Assembly (NCBI GenBank): GCA_021613535.1
Contig: CP075493.1
Span: 14,508,001-14,572,000 of the forward strand
Length of the DNA: 64,000 bases
Direction of reading: 5' to 3'
Origin: Adineta vaga
Taxonomy: Eukaryota > Animalia > Rotifera
Position 1 is the first letter of the stretch. Each line of letters begins with the position of its first letter. The notes beneath the pieces were generated by a model. The model worked only from the letters and a program-made list of their open reading frames with translations, was not told the origin of the DNA and did not search any database. Below are positions 53,101-64,000 of this stretch, piece by piece. The translations under genes and the position numbers were made by a program.

Positions 53101-53856
53101 ACAATCTTCTCATATAATAGTTAATTTTTTTAATACACAAATAGAAAACGACTCGAATATTCTCTGAATATCGACATCACTTTAATCGATAAAAAACATC
53201 AGAATTTTTCATCAGGTTTCTCCGTAATTATCTGCATATTATTTGAAAGGAGTAAAATGTTTTGTGTATATCTGTTGCTTAAATACAAAAGTAATTGATG
53301 CAAAGTACATGATTGTGTACAAACAGAACGATGTTTTTATATCATATATTTGATATTAAACCTAAACAAGACACGTATTTACAGGTAGACTAGATAAAAA
53401 GAATGTTTTTTTTTGTTGATAATAACAAATAAAACGAAATAATAAAAACATGACTACTTTTATGTCGATGAGGTGAATGAAGAAATATGGAAATAATAGA
53501 AAAGTAAAAGCCAAGAGTATTATGTCATCTCTTCTCATATAGACCAATAAAATGTAAAGTACATGAATAACTCTGACGCACTTACATGAATGGGTTATAG
53601 GCGCATTTTTCCGTTCGAGAACGGATTTTTTCCGTCCTAAGATAAAAAAAAGCGTGTATAAAAGGCGAAAGCGATACGATCAACCAATATTTGATGATTT
53701 ACAATGGTTCAAAAACCAATCGTTTCGTATGCAGATGCTGATGGAAATTTACGTAAAAAGGAAAATATTGTGTTCAATGCTCAAACAACGTTGATTACTA
53801 TTGTTCAATGAGTTTTAACATGGTTAGATGATACTTACTCATTTGATTTACAAATC

Positions 53857-55740
53857 ATGAATCCAGATACGAATGGTGACTGGACCGATTTTGACGAAGA
53901 ATATTTATATCAACAAAATCCATATTACAATCAACCCTTAATTACATTAAACGTTCTTCCAACTAGGAGTAAACTTTATTAATTATAAAGTCATTCTTCT
54001 TAAATATTTTTTTTCGTTTTGTAGCTGGTCGATTTCGAAACTCTACAATATCCGCTCAAAAAATTCAAGCTTCAGCTCCAGTAACAATTGATTAAACATA
54101 TCCGTACATCATTTTCACCAGACACGTGCGTGAGAAACAACGTGATGAAAATCTTAATAAGACGACATCGATCAAAGGTGAAAAGAATGGTCATGTTCGT
54201 TACAATACGATGCTACCTCAAATCAAAGTAAAGATCTATTTCTTTGTTACATCCAAAGACAATTCGTTCATTTTAGATCACGAGGAATAACATCAATATG
54301 ACGACTAGTTCTTATTCCGGCTTGATGGTCTATCTCGTATGGGAAATATGTGAAAAAGGAATTCGTACATTATATTATCATCCGTATCGAAAGTTAGTCA
54401 ACGACTCAACAAATGAAGATCATATTACAATTTTCCCAACGAACGGAACGTTTAAACAAGGGGATGAGTAAGCAAAACTTATGCCATTCTTTTTTATTCT
54501 TATTTTTTCTCTTCTTCAGTTGTAGTCTTAACTTGCCAACGAAAGGAATTCGCGGTGCAAAGACAGGTGGTAATGGTAAAAATAAAATTCTATTTTTTCA
54601 ATAAAATAATAAATTATCTGACTGTACAAATTATGAAACCAGTCGCTTGGCATGCTTATTGGTGGAAAATGGAAATCGTTCATAGAATACCCTGACACTT
54701 TCAAAAGCTATGATTTTCACAAGTAAATACATCGAGTTTTATTTACTTATATAACATTCTTTTCTTTCAGAGTCTTACTATAAAACAGACCATATAGATG
54801 CATTAGCTTTTAACAATCTATATGGAGAGAAAATACTTGCTCGAACATTCAAACGAAAAAAAGATATGAATCAATCCAGTAACATTTTTTTCCTAGCATA
54901 AAAATTAGAATGTGTTTATCTATATTTTAAGATACAATAGTGGAATGTCCTTCTGCAGTGAAAAAACGAAGAATATCCAAGGGGCCATCAACGCCATATT
55001 CGGATATTAGTCAACCTGTTGTTAATGAAAATGATGTTCTTTGTACTCAAAATATGAATAAACAAATTCTGTCAAATGCACCAGCTATATACTCACATGG
55101 AATGGCAAACGGTTCAACAAACTATCACGTCGGTTTTTCTTAAATTCCTCTACATTATTAACCATAGTATATGATGTTTTAGAATGTTAGTAATCAATAT
55201 CAACCATTTTGACTTGCAGAACCTAATCCTGAATATCAACGTAATAAACTTAGTATATGGAAAAGAGAGTGTGTTAAACTGTTTCTATTTATTTAGATAA
55301 CTGCAATCAAAGTAGCTACTTCCATGAAACAGATCAGTCAACAAGTACAAGAATGCCAGATGATGAAAATTGCGCTATACCATTTTCGTCTCCATCAATT
55401 CCTTCGGTTTGTATTACAATATTTTTAAAATACTAAAAACGTTATTTTACCTTCAAAAATACATTCTATTTGCTTTTTCCTTACTATGAATTTCGAGATA
55501 AATTATACCACTGAGAATAAATTTCTCATTTGATTTTTATTTGATAGCATAATTATTTTAATTTTAGTTCATTGAAAATAAATAAATATTGACTGATAAT
55601 TCATCTATTTCAATTTTAGGGTGAAACTAGTACAGATCAATGTAATTCTATCAAGATGAAGAGTACATCACATTCAATATCGAATGGAGGATCACTTGAC
55701 GTACTGTTTTCTTGGTTTGCCATAGATTCAATGCAATAGG
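53857..55740 (+). pseudogene. Multi-exon degenerate gene with divergent Rel-homology-domain-like motifs
   Basis: Spliced segments YIIFTRHVREKQR...SIKGEK...LPQIK, HPYRKLV, YETSRLACLL and LSKAM are in RHD-like order. In-frame stops are present. Confidence 0.4.
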
Positions 55741-56017
55741 TTTGTTTTTTAAATCTAGAGACCATTGAGAAGAATGGATACATTAATGCAATATCAAACG
55801 ACAAATTCGTTCATGGCGAAAACAATTAATGAATTTTTCGTTTTCTTTCTCTTTTGTCTGCATTTCCGTGATTTGTACAATGAAGCGAGAATACAAAGAA
55901 TTATTTTGTAAAAAAATTAATCAAACAATAACCGAAGATAAGAAACTCAAATCCGAGATTTTTTTAAAATGAATAATTGTTTTTCTCTTTTGAATATATA
56001 TATATATATATATTTAC

Positions 56018-56515
56018 CAGTGACGTAGACAGGAATAGAGCAAATGGACAATTGCCCATTTCATTTTCAGATTTGCTCATCGCAAATTTGTATTGATAAG
56101 TCTTTGTTCACTAAACATTCATTCTTTTGAAATTGTTGTACTTATTAGTAGATCATTGAGTAAAAGTATTTTTCTTCCATCTAATTCATAGTCTAGCTTG
56201 ACGTACAAATGTTATGAATGTAAGTAGGAAAAGCAACTAAAAAATGTCTAGCCTAGTCTTGAAGCGAAAGTTTTAATGTAAATACGATGAAAATAATCCC
56301 ACTCATTTTGTTATTAAGAAAATCTCGTTTCAGTTTTTTATCTTAATAATTGGAAAGAACTTGATTTCCTTCTCTGTATTCTATTATTTCTACAACTGCT
56401 ATCTAGATAAAAACCTTTTGATTCATGGATAAAAGCATTGCCCACTCTCGCCCACTGTTTTTTTCGATATTAGTCGAGTTTGCCGATTTGTCTGATAATC
56501 ATGGCTACGTCACTG
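56018..56515. mobile_element. hAT-family MITE
   Basis: TIRs CAGTGACGTAG...CTACGTCACTG; the 8-bp flanks ATATTTAC / ATACTTGC (6/8 match) are consistent with an aged 8-bp TSD. Confidence 0.8.
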
Positions 56516-57355
56516 ATACTTGCTCATCTATGTGGGTATGATTTTAGTCGAAAAGCATACTTTTTAAAAGAAATTTATTCATTGAAAAACATTAATAGTA
56601 TTCGAATAGAAAACGAATGTGGCGGTGGACGGCATTTGCCTTTGTTTCGTTCACAATAAGTATTGTTTATTAAAGCAATAAAAGAAAGATTATGTCAGGA
56701 TATGCTTATTATGATCAACACTCTCAACAAAGCTCATCAGACGAAGTAATTGAAGATACAACTGCTGCTGAAGTATCAACTATTACAAAGTTTCCAGAAT
56801 TCCCACCCAACGAAGGCATAATGGGAAGATATTGTGGCGATTACAAAACAACTTAACGAAAAAATGACTGAATTTAATAGTGTTGCAAAAGGGATTGATG
56901 ACCACGGTTTTGGATTGAAATATTTATTCGTGACAGGATTTGTAAGTTAAAGATTAGTCTGATCAAAAGTTTATCATTGTGCCATATATTTCAAAATATG
57001 ATTGTGGTCTCATCACCTTACTTGGTTTTTGAAATAACTATATAAGAGGAAAAATGTTAAAAAGTGTATTAGTTGGAATTATATATGTGTATTGTTCATC
57101 TTATGCATTGAAGGGAAAAGAAAATTTGTTTCTTAATACAAAAAAAAATCGAAACTATTTTCATTAATTATTCTCAAGTTGAAGAGTAAATTTTTTTTCA
57201 ATTTCTAGAGGAGACTAATTTTACTAATAAAGAGTACAAATTGCCTTTCTCTTGCATTAAATCAGTAATAATTGTTTATAGTTTATTCTTTTCATTGATT
57301 GAGTAAACTAATAATGAAGAACTCTTTACTAATAGATTTTTATTCATTTATTTCT

Positions 57356-58840
57356 TTATGATAAATTAATTATAAATCTTTGTATTCGGTGATTTAAATA
57401 ATCCGCAACATATAAATTTCCATATCGATCAAATGCTAATCCCGTAGGTGCATTCAGTTGATTTGCTTGTTTTCCTTGACCATTTCCTCCAGCAATAATA
57501 GTTCCTTTTAATGCTCCCTTAAACCAGCGTACAATTCGATGATTCCATGAATCAGCAATATAAACCGTTCCCAATGAATCGATGAGAATACCTTTCGGAA
57601 AAAATAATTGATGTAATTTATCTCCTTGTCGTTGTCCACCAGCAACAACAATACCTTCTTTTGCACCTTCACTCCATTTCATTACACGATCGTTATCACA
57701 ATCAGAGACAAATAATGAATTTTCTTCATCGATGAAGACATAATATGGTAGATCAAGTTGATTCAGATCAGATCCACGTTGTTTACTGCCAGCTACGATC
57801 GTTTCTTGAAATTCATCCATTCGATATCGTTTTACTTGATGATTATCTTTATCAACAATATAAAGAGTTTTATTTCTATCCATTTTTAAACTAAAACACG
57901 AAACATTTGAATGAATAATTTCTCCATTTATTTTATTTTGACGTGACCATCGAACGATTCGTTTATTTTTCGAATCACAGATAATTAAACTATCATTTTC
58001 TTTATCTAAAATCACATCAGTAGGTTCATTCAATTGATGAAGACCATTTCCTTGTCCTTGTCCACCAGCTATGACTTCTCCATCTATTTCACCAGCTTTC
58101 CATGCAATAATACGATTATTTCCCGAATCAGCAATATAAATCGTTTGATCATCATCTACATATATTCCAAAAGGATGAAAGAGTGTCGAATTATATCCAG
58201 CAACTGTTTCACCCTTGTTATTCCATGTTGCATTCGGATGAAGATTTATCATATTTCCAGAGGTTAAAACATCTTTATTTTTTCAAAAAGTTAATATTTC
58301 ACGAACTTTCTAACAACTTACCTGGTTGATGGGTGGTAGTTGTATTTGTTATATCTATTGTTATGAAATCAAAACATTAATATAGTTAGTCTTTTTTTGC
58401 ATACCTTCACTTGATGGACAATATCGTTCATCCATCATCGCTACTGGATAGCAAAGAGGTAGAGCATGACATCGAGGATGTCGAATACAAATTGTATTCG
58501 ACCGAGAACATGAATGATCCGAAGAATTACATGGTACAAGTTGAGAACAACTTGTCCAAAGAAAACCACAAATACCTGTGTTATCTGTGTTAATCATATG
58601 GAAACATCCACAAGCATTACTCGACGAACAACGAGCATACTGAGCAACACCAAAACATATCTGTGATTTTATTGGAACTATTATTGAAAATTATATCAAT
58701 AGATAAGTATTTTAAATAGATCATAACTAACAAACCTGTGATAACACTACAATGAAAATGAAAATGAAAAAATAAAGGACAAACGAAACTATAGTTCATA
58801 GAAATTACCTGATGAGAATCAAAACGCTATAATAGATCAT
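57356..58840 (-). CDS. Secreted Cys-rich N-terminal domain + NHL-repeat beta-propeller protein
   Basis: Signal peptide from ATG 58840; Cys-rich exon (CSSSNACGC...GICGFLWTSC...CIRHPRCHALPLCYP); NHL repeats (PFGIYVD...IYIADSGNNRI, LNAPTGLAFDRYGNLYVADYLNHRIQRF). Confidence 0.88.
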
Positions 58841-59283
58841 AATTTGTATTTAAAAAGTAATCTTCTTTTTTTTTATTCACAAATGATATTTAAAAACAAA
58901 TCTATGCTGAATGAAATGGGCTGCATATATTTTAATCTTTCAATAAATGGATATTCGATACTTTTTCAGATGCTTCGTAACAAGATCAATAACATAAAAA
59001 CAAAAGTTGCAGTATCATTAAAAATAAGTACTATTGATTCTATTTGCTCGATTTTTCTTACAATATGAAAAAATATTCGTTTCATGCACAGTGACGAAGG
59101 TCTAAATATTACTTCGAAGATTTTCATCCAACTATGAAGTAGATTATTATTTGCCCTATATTATATTCCTATTGAGGAATAATCAAACGAATAAGTTCAA
59201 TACTGATTCTCAATTAGATAGAAATTCTTTTGTATAATATAGTTAGATGTAATTTTTTATTTCAATAGTAATAAAAAACCATG

Positions 59284-59338
59284 TTGAGGGTCTGGGTGTT
59301 GGATACTAAAATATACACCCATACTCACACCCTCAAGA
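59284..59338. repeat. Mini inverted-repeat element with telomere-like arms
   Basis: TTGAGGGTCTGGGTGT ... ACACCCATACTCACACCCTCAAGA. Confidence 0.7.
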
Positions 59339-59574
59339 TATAGCTAGTTCTTATTTTAGTTATTGTTTTTTCACTTGAAAAACCTTTCATATCACGTAAA
59401 TAATATCATTCTATGACACATTATAAGCAAAATACTTTACTTTCAAAGATTTCTTCTGAATCTTTATTTGATTGTGATATTATTGAAAGAAATGACTCAA
59501 ATGAAATCTATTTTATTTGTCTTAATTATAATCTAAGGGAAAACTCATGTAAAATAATAGAAAAACAAATTCTT

Positions 59575-62454
59575 CTAATGTTTTATTAAAAGACGAGCTT
59601 TTAATGCTTGAATACCATCAAGAATTTTCTTTTGATGTTCTTCATTACGAATTCCAAACTCAATAAGAGTATTTAATCCAACATATGAAAATAATCCAAA
59701 TCCATCAATTTTTTCTTTTCGAAAACGTTCAACATAACTCTTGTAATTTATTCCAAATGATTCGATCCAATAGCAAACATCACTGTTCGTCCATTTAGCT
59801 AAGTTCCCTCCTTGATATAATGCTAAAAATAAACAAAAAAAAACAATGTTGACATTTTTCACATTTAGCTTACATCTATTAATAGAAAAAACGTTTTCAT
59901 GTGAATGAGAAGAAAATTTTGTTTCATTCGTCAAGCGAGTCTCCTGTTTTCGGCCATATCCATAATCATTTCCATGATAAATATTAGGTTGATAATTTAC
60001 TGGAACAGTACGCATATTATCAGATTGATAAGTGGATTCATTTTTAACTAAACTAGTGTACTGAACAGGTAAAGTAATTGGATATTGAATGACATTTTCT
60101 TCGATTTCAGGAGAATTTAATCGTCTGTTATATTCTTCCCGGGTTGATTTAAAATCATTAACTCGAATATTTGATTCTCCTAAAGATCGTAGTGGCTCTG
60201 GTGACGTTTTTATTTCTTCAAACGCTTGTTTAGGTTCTTCTAATTTTGTTTGAAATTCTCTCGATGATGATGATTGTGATGGTAATACAACATCTTCTAA
60301 TCTTGATGTAATTCCTGTTGCTGCTGATGCGAGTGTTTTAAATGATACATCTGGTTCTTCTCTTGAAGATTTTGATATTTCAAATGTTGGTTCAAGGTCA
60401 TTGGATGTTAATTTGGGTTCTTCAGATGATGAATATATCTCTTCATATATTGGTTTAGATTGAGTAGCTGATAGATTGAAATTTGTAAACGACGATTTTG
60501 ATTCGTCGTTTGGTGATTCAGGTTCTTCAATTATGGGCTGTGATTCTTGTGATGTTGGTTTGAATTCTGAAGTTTGTATTGTTGGCTCATCGAATAATGG
60601 TTCTGTCTTCTCGAATGTTATTATGGGCTCGTCAAATGATAGTTTAGGTTCTTCAGTTGTTGCGTTTGCCTGTGTCAATGGGAGCTGTAATTCTTCTTCA
60701 GATGATCGAAGTTCTTTCGTTGGTACCTCTGGTTCGATTGATGGCTGTCGTTTTTCGGTTGTTGTTTCTGTTTCTTCTAATGTTGTCTTCACTTTTGCAG
60801 ATGATGATTCTAGTTCTTCTGGTACAGTTTCTGGCTCTGTTATTCTTGATGCTATCTCTGGTAATGTAGTCATAAATTTTGAAAGAATTGGTATCGTTTT
60901 AAAGTTTGATTTTGATTCTGAATTCCATTCTTCACCTTGATAAGCAATCCATTTACTTAAAGTTTCAAGAAATTTTTTTGCATAAATTTTTTCTGTCCAT
61001 TTTTGAGGAAGGTTTTGAAAACCATAATAAGCTCCGGCTAATTGTCCATAAATAGCTGCTGTTGTATCAGTATCATCACCAAGATTAACAGCGGCACAAG
61101 CACCTTTTTCAAATGAATCACCATCAGACCAAAAAGCCCAAAGAGCAGCTTCAAGTGCATTAACAATATAACCTTTTCCTCGAATACCTTCATCATAACC
61201 TCCTTCTTTCTGATACGATCCTTTTGCTATATCTAAAATATCTGGATGGAGTTCATCATCTTGAAACCAATTCTTATGCTTGGAATAAAATTCTTTATCA
61301 AGTAATTGTTCTTTTGTTTCTCCATGAAGTGCAGCAACAATTAATGCACCATAATATCGACATGCATCGTAAGCTTTTTTATCACCATGAGTAATTTGTC
61401 CACTTATGCCTGAATACAAAACAGCTTTAATTTGATGTTTATAAAAGAATAATGGAACAGGTGTAAGACGCATTAAAGCTCCATTACCAGCAACACCATC
61501 TTCACTACAGAATATATCAAATTCTTTTATAAATTCATTATCAGATAAATAATCCATTTGTTCGAAAGGAATATTTTTATCTTTTGCAAAATTGTGTTGT
61601 CTTTTTTCAAATTCCTCGATTGATTGTCGTGTAGCTGCACCAATATCAAAGCATGTTCCTGTTGAAGACATATATCCATGTCGATACCACCATTTATAAC
61701 GAACTAATTGATCATATGGAACAAAATCAGCACGAGCAATTAATGAATTTGCTAAACATAATGCCATTGATGTATCATCTGTAAACTAAAAGAAAAGTAA
61801 GTAGAAAATTAGTCTTATAAATAAAATGTCATGTTGATTCGGTAGAAATAAAATATATGACATACTTGTCCTATTTCTAAACCCCAAGTTCCACCACCAT
61901 GAAGATCATCAACAGGATGTTGAACTAAATAATCTCTTGGTCGAAATTCAACATGAGCGCCAAGCGCATCACCGACAGCCATTCCAAATATTGAACCTTG
62001 AATACGATCGAAAATCTCTTGTGAATAATTTTTATGTGGATCTTTCATTTCGTTTTCAAGTTCATTTGGCTTTTTTATTGTCTGTTTTTTATCATCAAGA
62101 TATTGACAATCAAGCCATGATTTATCTATAGCGAATATATCAATATAATTCACATTGTCCTACACGAATGATCTTACCTGTTTGAAATTGACAAGCCGTC
62201 GAATTTGTTTCCATTGATGATCCTATTTATTTAAAAAAAAACAAAGTTCTCAAACTGAATATTTGAAATAAATTACCATAAGAATCATCTGATGTTATTT
62301 CCACTGGAGAATGAGATTCCGGTTCAGTATGTGATACTAATTTTTCACTATGTTCATTATTAAAAGAAGAATCTACTGATGATGTTTCATATTCGAATCC
62401 TTTTTGTATAGATTGAATATCACTAATGGAATTCTCATCAGCAGAATTTGCCAT
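59575..62454 (-). CDS. ADP-ribosylglycohydrolase (DraG/ARH family) with acidic low-complexity linker and C-terminal SAM domain
   Basis: GMAVGDALGAHVEF, GQ|FTDDTSMALCLA, AGNGALMR, GDDTDTTAAIYGQLAGA; an E/P/S/T-rich linker; and WTNSDVCYWIESFG...FRKEKIDG...LIEFGI...KILDGIQAL (SAM). Confidence 0.92.
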
Positions 62455-63588
62455 ATCAAACTTATCTGAAGAAAAGATACAGTTATATTGAGAAACAACG
62501 TGGTATTAAATAATATTAATATAATAAATATATGTGATAAGATTTGTTTTATTTGCATAGGTTAGACGACGAGTAATATAAGAATAGACGAGAATTTTTT
62601 GATAAAAACAACTTCATTCATATTCATGTCACTACATGTAAATAAAAGTGAAATATTCTTTGATAGAAATTCTTGGTGGTATATGATCATAAAGACTTAG
62701 ACAACGAAAACTTTTATACAAGGATTACATAACCTTCACTGTTCTACTTTGATCAAGATAAAATAATTGAAAACAATAATATTTCATTTGAATGAAGAGA
62801 AAAAATTCTTACAAATGTGAATAGTCGTTGAAATAAAAATGAGATTAATCGTTAATCTTTTGTGGTTAAATATTGTTTGCTCTAGACGACTGATTATTTG
62901 AATAAAACAATGAAATTTCATTTTGAAGAGAGCTAAAAAAGACTACTGTAATAATACATGTTTTACCATTTTATTTTTCTTTCATTTTTTTTCAACAGTA
63001 ATAAAAACACTTCAATAAAAATAATCTTTCATTAGACGTACGAGACGAATCATCGAAAATCTCAAGAGAATATATGAAGAAGAAAAAAAACTATTGACAT
63101 TAAAGAAAGAGAAAGAGAAGTAAAGACATGTCTCTTTTTTTTCAACAGATGAATTTTTCTTTTCAGCCAAAAGAAACGAACAAAAATATAAAGAATGTGT
63201 TTTCGATTACCGTCTGAATAAATACAATTATTTGATTAAAATTCCAATGAGGTTTTTTTTTCTTGATCAAAAATAAACTTTCATAAAAAAAAGAGTTTGT
63301 TTTTTTGCATCATATTCTTTTAATTTAATAATCTTAATCAAAGACGAAACTTTTACTCGATGCTCAAAATTTGCATGAAATTGTTAATCATTGTATTCGA
63401 TTAGAATTGAATTTCTGAAACAATATGTTTTATTAGAAAAGAATTTTGAAGATTAAAAACGTAACTAATAGAACTTTTTTGTTGACTTGAATGTAAAAGA
63501 AAGACTATATCTTATCTTTATCTAAAGAACTTTCGATTGTCTATTTTCTCATTTGTATGAAATCTAGAGATTTTTGTTGTTGCATCAA

Positions 63589-64000
63589 ATGTATTTAAAA
63601 TTCGTTGTTTATGTTATATATTTGATATTCATTGAAAATTGTTCAACAATAAAAGATATTGAATATGAACAAGTCATAAGTGATCGTTATCTATATTCAA
63701 TAAATCGAAATCAATCAAATTATTGGAATATATTACCTGATATTCGATCATCATGGCAAGTTTGTTCATTACCACAATATCATCATCAATCGAATGAAGG
63801 TGTTTGGTTATTTATTCAACGAGAGAAACAAGAAAATCTTTATCAGATGTCTTTTTTTTCAATATTTAAGAATGGAACATTAAATATTCTATCGAATATT
63901 GAAATTGAAAATAATCAAACATATTTCGTTACTTCACATGATGAAACGACGAAAGAAAAATATACTGGTGCATTAATAACTTTAAATAAAATTCAATTAA
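63589..64000 (+). CDS. 5' part of an uncharacterised secreted protein (runs off window end)
   Basis: Open frame from ATG 63589 (MYLKFVVYVIYLIFIENCSTI, signal-like) to the window end, about 137 codons without a stop. Confidence 0.6.
   Translation, partial: MYLKFVVYVIYLIFIENCSTIKDIEYEQVISDRYLYSINRNQSNYWNILPDIRSSWQVCSLPQYHHQSNEGVWLFIQREKQENLYQMSFFSIFKNGTLNILSNIEIENNQTYFVTSHDETTKEKYTGALITLNKIQL

Noticed and set aside
55994-56013. (TA)n tract (also about 21078-21092)
   Set aside because: An ordinary microsatellite.

Overview
AT-rich (roughly 28-30% GC by eye) eukaryotic genomic DNA with short GT-AG introns of about 50-60 nt. The gene content points strongly to a bdelloid rotifer (Adineta/Rotaria-like): FG-GAP and NHL repeat proteins, the expanded F-box/LRR and Cys-rich 2-TM families, and many bacterial/fungal-type enzymes, several with introns. 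The window holds about 16 apparently intact genes: a PPPDE-like peptidase, FABP, a bacterial-type papain, an FG-GAP protein, a triple-domain membrane protein, ALDH7A1, a SnoaL-like protein, an unknown Zn-finger/TM protein, mitochondrial ACP, a HutG-type formimidoylglutamase, DUF4139, an opsin, GT32, a repeat polyprotein, an NHL protein and an ADP-ribosylglycohydrolase-SAM protein. It also has a partial secreted-protein gene, one tRNA-Asp with an inverted deleted copy, many pseudogenes, a deleted mariner and several MITEs. The most interesting items are: (i) a secreted 590-aa polyprotein of five ~108-aa helical units separated by G-RRAR-S convertase/amidation-type sites; (ii) a ~1300-aa gene concatenating three TM-Cys-rich loop-TM modules with mosaic constant and hypervariable blocks (possible single-chain pseudo-trimeric channel/receptor); (iii) an operon-like HutG/mito-ACP pair 96 bp apart with a splice acceptor; (iv) dispersed mini-hairpins built of telomere-type hexamers; (v) an opsin with both D113 and E181; (vi) repeated microhomology-mediated deletions. 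All exon structures were read by eye, and family calls are motif recognition, not database searches.
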